Positions 9,706-20,836 of a stretch of DNA of 64,000 bases are shown here, piece by piece. This stretch comes from Methyloprofundus sp. (lineage in GTDB: Bacteria; Pseudomonadota; Gammaproteobacteria; Methylococcales; Methylomonadaceae), in NCBI GenBank assembly GCA_963682125.1, contig OY821640.1, positions 1,833,669 to 1,897,668 of the forward strand, given 5' to 3'. Under the pieces are notes generated by a model. The model was not told where the DNA came from. It saw only the letters and a list, made by a program, of their open reading frames with translations, and made no database searches. Within the stretch, counting starts at the first letter, position 1. Each line of letters starts with the position of its first letter. A program made the position numbers and the translations under genes.

Positions 9706-9887
9706 CTGATGTTACGCATAAGTAACAAGGCATAATTTTCTAAGATGTGAGTTGTCATTGTAGGGGCAATTCCTTGTGGTTTCCCATAATGGACACAATA
9801 TCCAAAAACAACGCACCCCTTTAACGCTGTGATATGCGGGTACCCACAAGGGGCACCCCTACCGTGGCGTTGGGTGCGTAACATCAG
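9706..9887 (-). mobile_element. REP-doublet MITE (family A), reverse orientation
   Basis: Reverse complement of 8059-8234; same 13-bp TIR; flanked by direct repeat TTATTTCA. Confidence 0.9.
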
Positions 9888-9923
9888 TTATTTCATACAT
9901 GTTCCTAAGAAGCGTGCATGAAA

Positions 9924-11312
9924 TTACAATTCTAATTTTCTTAACTTTTCAACTAAATTTGTGCGGCGCATATTGAGCTTTTTTGCAGCATGAGCAACGA
10001 CACCATTACTCTCTTCAAGCGCTTGCTGAATAAAACTGACTTCAATGTCATGAAGGTGTAATTTTAAATCAATGCCATCATCAGGAAGAGCATTGACAAA
10101 TCTATTTTTTAGCACTTTTCCTGATGCTGTTTCAGCCTCTTCTCCAGAATATTTTATATAATCTTGGAGGTCTTCTTTGGCTAATTTATCAACACTAATT
10201 TGCCTGATTTTCTTTGGTAAATCTATTAGCTCAATTGCCCCATTGGGTTTAATAATTGTTAATCGTTCAATTAAGTTAGCTAATTCCCGAACATTTCCAG
10301 GCCAATGATAAGCATTTAATGCAGTAACAACGTCTGCACTTAAACTGATACTTACTTTCTCCGCTATCTTGCGCTGCTTAATTAAATCATCAATCAATAA
10401 GGGGATATCTTCGGGGCGCTCTCGCAATGCCGGAACTTCTATTGGGAAAACATTTAAACGATAAAATAAATCTTGGCGAAATAAACCTTTCTCAATGGCA
10501 TCTTCTATATCCCGGTGGGTCGCAGAAATAATCCTCACATTACAATGATAGGTTTTATTTCCCCCAACACGCTCATAAGTACGTTCTTGCAATATCCGTA
10601 ATAATTTGACCTGCATAGGCATGTCCCCTATTTCATCCAGAAATAAGGTCCCCCCTTCTGCCATTTCAAAACGCCCTTTGCGTGTAGCCAAAGCACCAGT
10701 AAAAGCACCTTTTTCATGACCAAATAATTCACTTTCTAAAAGTTCTGCAGGAATTGCACCACAGTTAATCGGTACAAAAGGTTTATTTTTTCGGGATGAT
10801 TCTTGATGTAAAGCACGAGCGACTAGTTCTTTCCCTGTTCCTGATTCACCCAAAATTAATACAGTTGAATCTGAGTTGGCCACCTGTGAAATTAAAAAAC
10901 AAACTTGTAAAATAAACTGACTATTACCTATCAAAGGATTTTTCTGATTAGCACTAGCATGCAATAAAGTATGACTCGGCTGAATTTTTAGCTGCTGAAA
11001 GTTCGACATCAATTCAGAATAAGTAACCGGCCATTCCTGAACGGACTGAACTAAAGCTTGTATAGCCGTCGCCTGCTTTAAAGGTTCACCCTTCGCTACT
11101 AATAAAATAATGGGTAAGCTCACTGGGCTACGGTTAATTTCTTTTATTATTTTAGCTTGTTGTGCGGTGCCAGAGCCAACAAAGATCGCGAAACTTTCAT
11201 CTAACAAATCAAAACAGTTGCAAAAATCCCCTGAATTAAAAATTGCTGTTTGATATTCAAGAAATTCAATGACTGCAGAAAATTGCTCCTGTCTCTCTTT
11301 GATTGTCATCAA
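9924..11312 (-). CDS. fleQ: Sigma-54-dependent transcriptional activator, FleQ-like
   Basis: [37 protein letters not shown] and C-terminal Fis-type HTH; N-terminus is not a canonical receiver domain. Confidence 0.7.
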   Translation of the reverse strand: MMTIKERQEQFSAVIEFLEYQTAIFNSGDFCNCFDLLDESFAIFVGSGTAQQAKIIKEINRSPVSLPIILLVAKGEPLKQATAIQALVQSVQEWPVTYSELMSNFQQLKIQPSHTLLHASANQKNPLIGNSQFILQVCFLISQVANSDSTVLILGESGTGKELVARALHQESSRKNKPFVPINCGAIPAELLESELFGHEKGAFTGALATRKGRFEMAEGGTLFLDEIGDMPMQVKLLRILQERTYERVGGNKTYHCNVRIISATHRDIEDAIEKGLFRQDLFYRLNVFPIEVPALRERPEDIPLLIDDLIKQRKIAEKVSISLSADVVTALNAYHWPGNVRELANLIERLTIIKPNGAIELIDLPKKIRQISVDKLAKEDLQDYIKYSGEEAETASGKVLKNRFVNALPDDGIDLKLHLHDIEVSFIQQALEESNGVVAHAAKKLNMRRTNLVEKLRKLEL

Positions 11313-11692
11313 TTAAAATAATACGCGCTACAGCCATGCTAAATAATGCCTTATTACACTTTTAAAATAGGGTTAAAGGCTAGTAAATCATTATTTAATG
11401 ATACTGTCAAAATAATGTCACCTATAATTAAAATTGCAATATTTAAACCTAAATAAAAATATCCTTCCTTAAATATCACAGGGTTATTTTTGCGTCTTAA
11501 AGTCATATTACTTAAAATTTTTATGTAAAAAATTTGATGTAAAAACAACTTTTTTATTAATATGTTACGAAGAATTTTAAATGTGTAATATCGCTTATCC
11601 CCTCATCTAAACCATAGTTTTAAGTCGTTAAACTTGACATTGATTGCACATCATAGAAACTATATGCAACTTAACCAACAAAACGCACCTAC

Positions 11693-12940
11693 TTGAACGA
11701 TATTCCTCTTAGCATCCTTTTTGGCGTTCTCGCTTTTTTACTTTTTTTATCGGCTTTTTTCTCAAGCTCTGAGACAGCCTTAATGACGCTTAATCGTTAC
11801 CGCTTGCAACACCTTGTTAAACAAGGTCATAAAGGCGCTAAAAAAGCACAACGGCTGCTTGCTCGTCCTGATCGCTTATTAGGTTTAATTTTATTAGGTA
11901 ATAACTTCGTCAATATTTTGGCTTCTTCATTAGCAACGATTATTGGCTTACGCCTAATGGGTAATGAGGGTGTTGCTATTGCAGCTGGAGCTCTAACACT
12001 TGTCGTGCTTATCTTCTCTGAAGTTGCACCTAAGACATTAGCCGCATTAAAGCCTGAGTTAATCGCATTCCCTGCTGCCTGGATATACAGCCCCTTACTA
12101 AAAATCTTTTACCCCATCGTCTGGTTTGTTAATTTAATCGCTAATGGCTTGCTACGCACCTTTGGTGTAAAGGCTAGTGAGCATAAAAATACTACACTCA
12201 ACAAAGATGAATTAAAGAGTATCGTTTCAGAAACTGACTCCTTAATGCCTGAGAAATATAAAAATATGTTACTTGGCATTATTGATCTTGAAAGCGCAAC
12301 GGTTGAAGATATTATGACACCACGCAATGAAATTCATGGTATTGATATAGAAGAATCAATAGAAGATGTTATTCAGCAAATTAAAAAAAGTCCTTATACT
12401 CGCATCCCTGTTTACAAAAAAAGCATCGATCGCGTTATTGGATTTTTAGACTTAAAAAGAATTTTAACTCGCTTTTTTGATGAAGAGCACTTAAGCAAGC
12501 AAGATATCACTAATAATTTAATTACCCCTTTCTTTATCCCTGAAACAACACCTTTACACAAGCAAATTCAAGATTTTAAATTTGAACAAATCCGCATAGG
12601 TTTAGTTGTAGATGAATATGGCGATGTACAAGGCCTCGTAAGTTTAGATGATTTGCTTCAAGGTTTGGTAGGCGAACTGATGGTTGAAGAAGCTGATGTG
12701 AAAAAATCTGCAGATGGAAGTTACCTTGTTAACGGTAGCGTTACCATTAGAGACCTTAATCATATAACGCAGTGGGATTTGCCAACTGAAGGCCCTAAAA
12801 CAATTAACGGTCTTATTATTGATTTTATGGAGACCATTCCACAAACAGGTGTTAGCTTATTACTTCACGGTCATCAACTAGAAGTTATTAGCTGTAATAA
12901 ACATGCTATCACCCAAATTAGGTTTTTACCCCAAAATTAA
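11693..12940 (+). CDS. HlyC/CorC (CNNM-CBS-CorC) family transporter
   Basis: SAFFSSSETAL..LNRYRL, GNNFVNI, EVAPKT, IMTPR, VVDEYGD; TTG start. Confidence 0.9.
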   Translation: MNDIPLSILFGVLAFLLFLSAFFSSSETALMTLNRYRLQHLVKQGHKGAKKAQRLLARPDRLLGLILLGNNFVNILASSLATIIGLRLMGNEGVAIAAGALTLVVLIFSEVAPKTLAALKPELIAFPAAWIYSPLLKIFYPIVWFVNLIANGLLRTFGVKASEHKNTTLNKDELKSIVSETDSLMPEKYKNMLLGIIDLESATVEDIMTPRNEIHGIDIEESIEDVIQQIKKSPYTRIPVYKKSIDRVIGFLDLKRILTRFFDEEHLSKQDITNNLITPFFIPETTPLHKQIQDFKFEQIRIGLVVDEYGDVQGLVSLDDLLQGLVGELMVEEADVKKSADGSYLVNGSVTIRDLNHITQWDLPTEGPKTINGLIIDFMETIPQTGVSLLLHGHQLEVISCNKHAITQIRFLPQN

Positions 12941-12982
12941 ATTCTGTTAATTAACGCGATTTTTATAAGCTAGGAATTCATC

Positions 12983-13348
12983 ATGCCAGAAGAAAATGAA
13001 AAGCGACAATTTCACCGTTGTTTTTATAACAAAGCAGCCACTTTAAGCCTAAATGAATATCAGTGGGATTGTGAATTAGTTGATATTTCCATACATGGCT
13101 GTCTACTGCGTTTTAAAGAAACTTGGGAAGCGCAAGATCCTGAGACAATTTACACATTAAAACTAGTCTTATCTGAGTCAAAAATCATTATTATGAATTT
13201 AACTATTAATCATGCAGTTGATAATGAAGTTGGCTGTAAATGTATACATATTGATCTTGATAGTATTTCTGAATTACGCCGCTTAGTCGAATTAAATTTA
13301 GGTGATAGCGACCTGTTAGAAAGAGATTTACTTGCATTAAGCCATTAA
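12983..13348 (+). CDS. PilZ domain protein
   Basis: EKRQFHR (RxxxR) and DISIHG (DxSxxG) c-di-GMP motifs; LRRLVELNLGD tail. Confidence 0.85.
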   Translation: MPEENEKRQFHRCFYNKAATLSLNEYQWDCELVDISIHGCLLRFKETWEAQDPETIYTLKLVLSESKIIIMNLTINHAVDNEVGCKCIHIDLDSISELRRLVELNLGDSDLLERDLLALSH

Positions 13349-13360
13349 ATTAGTCTATTC

Positions 13361-13453
13361 CACCGTTAAGTGTTGAAAAGTTCAAGTCGCTTTTGAAAAG
13401 TCTTATTCAAAGGGGGAAGGCTTAAGAGCTAATAAAATCTACACTTAACGGTG
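13361..13453. repeat. 93-bp MITE-like element with perfect 13-bp TIR
   Basis: CACCGTTAAGTGT ... ACACTTAACGGTG. Confidence 0.6.
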
Positions 13454-13582
13454 CCATAGCCTTGGTTTCTGGTATATGTCATACAAAAAAACCTGCTAGA
13501 AGCATGCTGGGTGCCGTAGTGAGAAATACGCCTCTTCAAATCGTCGCTATATTTCGACAAATTATTTAGTGTACACTCCTAA

Positions 13583-13958
13583 CTGATGTTATGTATCAGT
13601 AACAAGGCATAATTATTCTAAGATGTGAGTTGTCATCGTAGGGGCAATCCCCAATGCCAGTAAGTTAAGCGCAAGTAATTGATATTTAATAACTAAAATA
13701 CTTGTTTTGTCGAAATATAAGAGAAACTTTAGCTTCTAAAGGATTGATGTTATTAGAGTGGTTAAAAAAACCTCGTTTTTATACCAAAAAACTCTATTGG
13801 TATTAATATGTTACGCTTAACTTACTGGCATTGGGGCAATCCCTTGTGGTTGCCCAGAATGGACACAACATCCACAAACAATGGCTACCCTTTAACGCTG
13901 TGATATGCGGGTACCCACAAGGGGCACCCCTACCGTGGCATTGGGTGCGTAACATCAG
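13583..13958 (-). mobile_element. REP-doublet MITE (family A) interrupted by an IS4-derived MITE
   Basis: Family A halves 13583-13651 and 13834-13958 flank the insert. Confidence 0.85.
13652..13833. mobile_element. IS4-family-derived MITE (182 bp)
   Basis: TIR CAATGCCAGTAAGTTAAGCG / CGCTTAACTTACTGGCATTG; perfect 10-bp target duplication GGGCAATCCC (13642-13651, 13834-13843). Confidence 0.85.
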
Positions 13959-13978
13959 TTAATAATTCACCAATAATA

Positions 13979-15349
13979 ATGGCAAAAAAAAACACCTCTT
14001 TTGTTTGTACCGAATGCGGCAATGATTCTACTCGATGGGCAGGGCAATGCAGTGCTTGTAAAGAATGGAATACTATTAAAGAAATTCGCCTATCTAAAGC
14101 TAATCCAGCAGAAAAACACGCAGGTTATAGTGGTACCAAAAGTACAACCCAATTCCTTTCTGAGGTCACTTTAGAAAAAACGGAGCGTTTATCTTCAGGC
14201 ATTACTGAGTTTGACCGTGTTTTAGGGGGCGGAATCGTACATGGCAGTGTGATTTTAATTGGTGGTACGCCCGGCGCAGGAAAAAGCACCCTACTACTAC
14301 AACTTATTGCTAATACCGCTGATAATGGCGCAACTGTGCTTTATGTATCAGGTGAAGAGTCTTTACAACAAATAGCTGAACGCGCTATACGTCTAAATTT
14401 GCCACTTGATAAAATACAAATGCTCACTGAAACTTCAGTACAACGCATTTGCGATGTTTTAGCAGAAATAAAACCCACTATTCTGGTTATTGACTCCATT
14501 CAAGTCATGTATACAGAAAGCTCTGATACGACACCTGGCTCAGTCTCACAAGTTAAAGAATCTGCTAGTTATTTAACCCAATATGCAAAGCGTCATGGTG
14601 TCTGTATTTTTATGGTGGGTCACGTCACTAAAGACCAATCGCTTGCAGGCCCAATGACTTTAAGCCATATTGTTGACACCCAACTTATTCTTGCCTCAAC
14701 AGATGATGCTCGATTTAGAGTATTGCGCGCTGATAAAAATCGCTTTGGTAGTGTCGGTGAACTGGGTTTTTTTGCCATGGACAGCACAGGGCTAAAAGAA
14801 GTTAAAAACCCGTCAGCTATGTTTCTTAACCGCACAGAAAACCCATCATCAGGCAGTGTAGTCACCGTATTATGGGAAGGAACACGACCTTTATTAGTTG
14901 AAATTCAAGCCTTAGTCACTGAATGCCAATATGGCAATCCACGTCGTTTAGCAGTTGGCTTTGACCAAAACCGCTTAGCGATGCTATTAGCTGTTTTGTC
15001 TCGCCACGCAGGAATTTTTACCGCTAGTGATGAAATTTATGCCAATGTAGTTGGCGGCATTAAAGTCACCGAAACCAGTTCAGATTTAGCGATTCTTATT
15101 AGCATTGTGTCTAGCTTAAAAAACATTATTGTTCCACATGACTGCTTCTTCTTTGGTGAACTGGGGTTAAATGGTGAAATTCGCCCTGTTGCAAATGGCT
15201 ATGCTCGCCTTAATGATGCCGCAAAACATGGCTTTAAACGCGCCATTATTCCAAAAGCAAATGCGCCTAAAAATTCCCTAGCAGGATTACAGGTTTATCC
15301 TGTTAGTAGCTTATCTGAAGCGTTAACAGCACTTGATGAAATTAGTTAA
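13979..15349 (+). CDS. radA: DNA repair protein RadA/Sms
   Basis: N-terminal C4 zinc finger, GGTPGAGKST, DKNRFG (KNRFG) motif, Lon-like C-terminus. Confidence 0.95.
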   Translation: MAKKNTSFVCTECGNDSTRWAGQCSACKEWNTIKEIRLSKANPAEKHAGYSGTKSTTQFLSEVTLEKTERLSSGITEFDRVLGGGIVHGSVILIGGTPGAGKSTLLLQLIANTADNGATVLYVSGEESLQQIAERAIRLNLPLDKIQMLTETSVQRICDVLAEIKPTILVIDSIQVMYTESSDTTPGSVSQVKESASYLTQYAKRHGVCIFMVGHVTKDQSLAGPMTLSHIVDTQLILASTDDARFRVLRADKNRFGSVGELGFFAMDSTGLKEVKNPSAMFLNRTENPSSGSVVTVLWEGTRPLLVEIQALVTECQYGNPRRLAVGFDQNRLAMLLAVLSRHAGIFTASDEIYANVVGGIKVTETSSDLAILISIVSSLKNIIVPHDCFFFGELGLNGEIRPVANGYARLNDAAKHGFKRAIIPKANAPKNSLAGLQVYPVSSLSEALTALDEIS

Positions 15350-15375
15350 AACTCTTCCTTACCAAGCATAGAAAC

Positions 15376-15443
15376 CTGCCCCAGAATAGGAGTCCTATTG
15401 CGGAAAACTGATTTCCCTCGCTACACCTCCTATTCTCAGACAG
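15376..15443. repeat. Short inverted repeat element
   Basis: AGAATAGGAG (15383) / CTCCTATTCT (15427) with imperfect outer extension; AGAATAGGAG also occurs near 577. Confidence 0.4.
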
Positions 15444-15502
15444 ACTCCTAGCGATAAGGTTATAATACTCAGGATTATAATAATAAAATAACAGGCTAAG
15501 TT

Positions 15503-16024
15503 ATGTTGGAAATAAAATACTCTTTCCGTGAAAAAGATCTAATTCATTACAATGAATTACAAATAGCTCAATCGGAAGATTTGCAGAAAAAACTAAGAAA
15601 GAATCGTCTGTTTTTTCCGGGAGTGCTCGCTATTTTAGGGCTATTTTTATGGTCTTATTACAGTGATTACCGCACAGCGGTTTATGTTATTACTATTGCC
15701 ATTTGTTGGGCTGTTGTTATCCCTCAAGTTATCATTTTAAGCTTCCGCCGCCAAATTTTAACCAGCTACACTGAAAAAGAAAAAAATGCGATGTTTGGCC
15801 AATACGAATTACGCATTGACCCTAAATCTTTAGCAGAAAAATCGCCTAGCGGTAAACACAAAATGCCTTGGAAAGAATTACTACGTGTTGATTATGTGCA
15901 AGATTACATACATATTGTTATTGATAACGGTGCTGTTTTAGTTATTCCTGTTGAAACCGTTATTGAAGGTGATATCAGAGAATTTGCTAAGCAAATTAAA
16001 AAAATGATTGATTTATACGGTTAA
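15503..16024 (+). CDS. YcxB-like membrane protein
   Basis: Two central TM helices and C-terminal ..W..L..V..Y..I.......LVIP pattern. Confidence 0.6.
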   Translation: MLEIKYSFREKDLIHYNELQIAQSEDLQKKLRKNRLFFPGVLAILGLFLWSYYSDYRTAVYVITIAICWAVVIPQVIILSFRRQILTSYTEKEKNAMFGQYELRIDPKSLAEKSPSGKHKMPWKELLRVDYVQDYIHIVIDNGAVLVIPVETVIEGDIREFAKQIKKMIDLYG

Positions 16025-16257
16025 TAATAAAAACACGGGGTGCAACTTAATGCACCCCACTTTAATTAAACCAAATAAGCACTATCCCTCGCTTGTATAT
16101 ACAAGCGACACGCATCAACACACATTGCTTTAGTCATAAATGGTCCACTGATTCTATCTACAGTAAAAAACCACCAGCCACTTTCATTAATATAATAACG
16201 ATCCTGCGGTTTAAACACAGGATGTAGTTTCTTCCTTTTCATCTATATGATTTATCT

Positions 16258-18144
16258 ATGCTAAGTTTTAAAAATATTACACTACGTCGTGGCACTCGAG
16301 TTTTATTTGCCAATACCAGCTTTACATTACATAAAGGGCAAAAAGTAGGTATTACCGGTGCAAATGGCGTGGGTAAATCTAGCTTTTTTGCGCTACTTCG
16401 CAATGAAATACAAGCAGATGAGGGTGATTTTACCATGCCTCCTCACCTAGAGGTTGCCCATGTTGCCCAAGAAACACCCGGGACAGAACAAGCTGCTATT
16501 GAATATATTATTGATGGCGACCAAGAACTACGTAAACTTGAAAAGGAAATTAGTCTAGCCGAGCAAGCTAACGATGGCATCAAACAAGCTGAGCTATTCA
16601 GTAAAATGGAAATTATCGGTGGTTATACTGCTAGAGTTCGTGCAGCTCGTTTAATGAGTGGCCTAAGCTTTAAAACATCACAAGAAACACATTCAGTTAA
16701 CTCTTTTTCTGGTGGCTGGCGTATGCGTTTAAATTTAGCACAAGCACTAATGTGTCGCTCTGATGTTTTATTATTAGATGAACCAACCAATCACCTTGAT
16801 TTAGATGCAGTTATTTGGCTGCAAGATTGGCTTTGCAAATACACAGGAACTTTATTGTTAGTCTCACATGATCGGGAATTTTTAGATACTATTACCGATC
16901 ATATCGTACATATAGAGCACCAAGTCGCCACAATATACACCGGTAATTATTCTAGCTTTGAAAAAATGCGTGCCGAGAAATTAGCTCAGCAACAAAGCTC
17001 ATTTGAAAAACAACAACGTGAAATTGCCCATATTCAAAGTTACATCAACCGCTTTCGAGCCCAAGCAACCAAAGCTAAACAAGCACAAAGCCGAATAAAA
17101 TCTTTAGAGCGTATGGAAATTATTGCGCAAGCACATGTTGATTCCCCGTTTCACTTTAGTTTTTCTACCCCAGAAAAATTACCTACACCCATGATCAAAT
17201 TAGACAAAGCAGATATAGGCTATGGTGAGTCACCTATACTAAAAGATGTTGACCTCTTTATAGCACCTGACTCACGTATTGGCCTACTCGGCCCTAATGG
17301 CGCAGGTAAATCAACTCTGATAAAAGCACTCGCAAATGAACTAACGGTTACATCGGGTGAAATTCAACATGCCAGCACCTTAAAGCTCGGATATTTTGCC
17401 CAACACCAACTAGAACAATTGCATTTAGACATGAGTCCTTTATGGCATCTGCAAAAAATCAACTCAAAAGCGACCGAAAAAGACTTAAGAAACTTTTTAG
17501 GAGGCTTTAACTTTAAAGACGATAAAATTTTCGACCCCATAGAACCCTTTTCTGGCGGTGAAAAAGCGCGATTAGTACTCGCTCTAATTGTTTATCAAAA
17601 CCCTAACTTATTATTACTTGATGAGCCGACCAATCATCTTGATCTTGAAATGCGTCATGCATTAAGTATGGCTTTGCAGGATTACAAAGGTGCAATCATT
17701 ATCATATCGCATGATAGACATATGCTACGCTCCGTGACCGATGAACTGTATTTAGTTGCTAATGGTAGTGTTACTTCATTTGATGGTGATTTAGATGATT
17801 ATCGCACTTGGTTAAACGAACAAAAATTATTAGCTAATACGCCGACTGGTAATGCAGATAATAATCCAGCAATTAATAAAAAAGAACAACGTAAGCTTGA
17901 TGCCGAGCGCCGTAAACAATTAAAACCTTTATATGATGCATTAAAAAAAGCGGATAAAAACCTAGAAAAATATTATGCCCAGCAGAAAGAATTTGAAGAG
18001 CAGTTAGCGGATAGTTCTATTTATGAAGCAAATAATAAAGATAAACTCAAAAAAATTCTATTAGAAAAAGCTCAAGTGGATTTAGCACTAGAAGAAACTG
18101 AACTGGAATGGATGGAAATTAGTGAACAATTAGAAATTGAATAG
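16258..18144 (+). CDS. yheS: ABC-F family ATPase (YheS-like)
   Basis: Two ABC domains (GANGVGKSS, FSGGWRMRL, LLDEPTNHLD; GPNGAGKST, FSGGEKARL) and a C-terminal coiled coil. Confidence 0.85.
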   Translation: MLSFKNITLRRGTRVLFANTSFTLHKGQKVGITGANGVGKSSFFALLRNEIQADEGDFTMPPHLEVAHVAQETPGTEQAAIEYIIDGDQELRKLEKEISLAEQANDGIKQAELFSKMEIIGGYTARVRAARLMSGLSFKTSQETHSVNSFSGGWRMRLNLAQALMCRSDVLLLDEPTNHLDLDAVIWLQDWLCKYTGTLLLVSHDREFLDTITDHIVHIEHQVATIYTGNYSSFEKMRAEKLAQQQSSFEKQQREIAHIQSYINRFRAQATKAKQAQSRIKSLERMEIIAQAHVDSPFHFSFSTPEKLPTPMIKLDKADIGYGESPILKDVDLFIAPDSRIGLLGPNGAGKSTLIKALANELTVTSGEIQHASTLKLGYFAQHQLEQLHLDMSPLWHLQKINSKATEKDLRNFLGGFNFKDDKIFDPIEPFSGGEKARLVLALIVYQNPNLLLLDEPTNHLDLEMRHALSMALQDYKGAIIIISHDRHMLRSVTDELYLVANGSVTSFDGDLDDYRTWLNEQKLLANTPTGNADNNPAINKKEQRKLDAERRKQLKPLYDALKKADKNLEKYYAQQKEFEEQLADSSIYEANNKDKLKKILLEKAQVDLALEETELEWMEISEQLEIE

Positions 18145-18677
18145 AGACTGTTACTAACTATGTGTAACTACTTAGCAAATTAAGCATTATTATTTCCAAT
18201 AATTTTAAATGTACTAAGTAAATCACAAAAAAAATTTCCATGCCCCCTAAACTACCAGCATAGTTTTTAACTAACCGAGGGCTCACTCATGAAATTAATA
18301 ATTTTCCCACTAAGCCTATTAGTGACTGATGTTACGCACGCCACGGTAGGGGTGCCCCTTGTGGGTACCCGCATATCACAGCGTTAAAGGGTAGCCGTTG
18401 TTTGTGGATATTGTGTCCATTATGGGCAACCACAAGGGATTGCCCCAATGCCAGTAAGTTAAGGTTAACCCATTGATTATTTTATTATAATTCCTTATAT
18501 TAGCATAAAGCAGTGGAAAATTCAATAAAAAATATTTATGAAGAGTTAAATAACACCCTAAACAGCTTTTATTCGCAATCGTATCCTCAGTTTTCCAACG
18601 TTAATCCTCTATTTACTTAACCTTAGAAAGCACTCAAATCAAACAGAACTAGACCAATTTTTCAAGCTGATTAATAA

Positions 18678-19792
18678 CTGATGTTACGCACCCTAATGAT
18701 ATTGCCATTAAAATAGTAGGCTATGAAAACACCTGATATTTTTGACTTATACACCGATTACCTGATCACTTCATTTAGCTATACAACAGCGACAGGCTTG
18801 TCAGGCTTAGTTGATAATGCGATCAGTCATGACCCAGTCACTCGGTTTCTTTCTCAACAAGATTTCACCTCTAAAGAGCTTGGGAAGGTGATCAAAAAAA
18901 CAGTGAGAGAAATTGAAACGGGTGAGGGTGTTTTAATTTTTGATGACACCCTCCAAGAAAAGCCACATAGCAAGGAGAACGACCTCATTTGTTGGCATTA
19001 TGATCATTGTGTTAATCGTTCAGTGAAAGGCATTAACTTGCTGAATGGCGTGTATTATTCAAAGGAAACAAGCTTGCCTGTTGCCTTTGAATGAGTCAAA
19101 AGCCCCCCCAATTTTGTGACATAAAAACTCAGCGTGAAAAAAGAAAAAGTGAGGTAACAAAGAATGAACAATGACGTGATATGTTAAAAGTCTGCTGTCA
19201 AAACCAGCTTAAATGGCGTTATGCCTTGGCAGATAGCTGGTTTTCTTCCTCTGAAAATATGAAATATATCCATGCAACCTTAGAAAAACAATTTATTTTT
19301 GCTTTAAAAAGCAACCGTTTGATTGCTTTAAACAAAGAAGATAAGGCAAAGGGTCGTTATACACGTATTGATTCTATTCAATGGTCAGAAAATCCTGTGC
19401 AAGGCTGGGTTAAAGGGCGGGAGTTTCCGGTCATTTTTCACCGTCAAGTCTTTACAAACAAAGATGACAGTACAGGGACTCTTTATCGGATCAGTAATGA
19501 TTTAAGCGCAACGGCAGCCCCCCTTGAAACAATCTACCAAAAACGGTGGAAAGTAGAGGTCTTTCATAAAAGCATAAAATCAAATACCAGCATGGCAAAA
19601 TCACCCGCAAGAACAGTGAGAACACAAAGTAACCCTATCTTCATGTCGCTTTATGCGACTGCTCGATTAGAGATTCTCAGTGCCCAGCAAGGGCTGAACA
19701 AGTTCGCTTTAAAATCGAAACTTTATATTAATGCTATTCGACAAGCTTTTGATGAATTGCAACAATTAAAGTCGGCTACTGCGTAACATCAG
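18678..19792 (+). mobile_element. IS701-family IS, copy 2 (inside the IS4 transposase gene)
   Basis: ORFs 18723-19094 and 19181-19786; flanking direct repeat TTAATAA; the IS4 frame ..FKLIN/KEKEASQVVTK rejoins across it; extra 1-bp deletion in an A-run. Confidence 0.9.
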
Positions 19793-20836
19793 TTAATAAA
19801 GAAAAAGAAGCCTCTCAAGTGGTTACAAAATCCGCCTTTTTTCAAGCCAGAAAACAGCTTTCTTACAAAGCGTTTATTGAGCTTAATCGACAAATAATAG
19901 ACACTACTTACAAATCGTATGATCACTTAAAAACATGGCGTGGTTTTCGCCTTTGTGCCGTTGATGGAAGCTCAATTCGCCTCCCAAATACGCCTGACAT
20001 TACGGCACATTTTGGCGTTCACAAAGGGCGTAAAGAGCAAGCTAATTGCACGATGGGAATAGCATCAATTTTTTATGATGTTTTGAATTATTTGGTCATT
20101 GATTCCTGCATTCATCCTAGCGGTTATTCAGAGCGTGCCTGTGCCTCAGAACACGTGCAGCATGCGACTCAAAATGATTTAGTCATTTATGATAGAGGTT
20201 ACCCTGCATTTTGGTTGTATGCATTTCATATTAAACAGAAAAGTTTCTTTTGTATGCGAGAAAAAACAAAGCTTTCATAAAAAGTAATAAAAGAGACGAT
20301 ATTATTGAAATAAAACCTAATAAAAAAGCCATTAAAACATGCCTTGATAGAGGCTTGTCAACAGAGGTTATTAAGCTCAGATGAGTCCGTGTTGACTTGC
20401 CTAATGGGGTGGAAGTTTTAATCACAAATATGATGGATTGCGAAGCCTATGAAGTGGACTTATTTAAGGAGTTATATTATCTTCGCTGGGGCATTGAAGA
20501 AAATTATAAACGCCTAAAACAGTGGGTAGAAATTGAGAACTTTTCAGGCAAATCTGTTTTGTCAATTCAGCAAGATTTTTATGCCAAAATAGTTGCCTCA
20601 AATTTAACCGCTTTGATGGAAATAGCCGCACAAAAAAAAGTGGATAAAAGAACTCATGATTTAGAGTTAAATTACCAAGTAAATTCAGCCCAAGCTTTGT
20701 CAAAAAGGAGGCATCGACTCGTTACTTTTATTCTTGATGCACACAAGGACATTTTGCAAAGAATTGAACAAGTTATTGACTATATTTCTGTCACTATAGA
20801 AGCCCTTAGAGTTGGGCGGTCTGCGCCGAGAGCATT

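Noticed and set aside
11354-11548. Short ORF in the AT-rich fleQ-corB intergenic region
   Set aside because: No motif, low complexity; more likely a divergent promoter region.
8059-13958. CRISPR array
   Set aside because: The repeats are dispersed, 90-290 bp long, without regular unique spacers; no cas genes.
18289-18325. Truncated gene start MKLIIFPLSLLV cut by the MITE
   Set aside because: Only 12 codons and no recognisable continuation beyond 21271.
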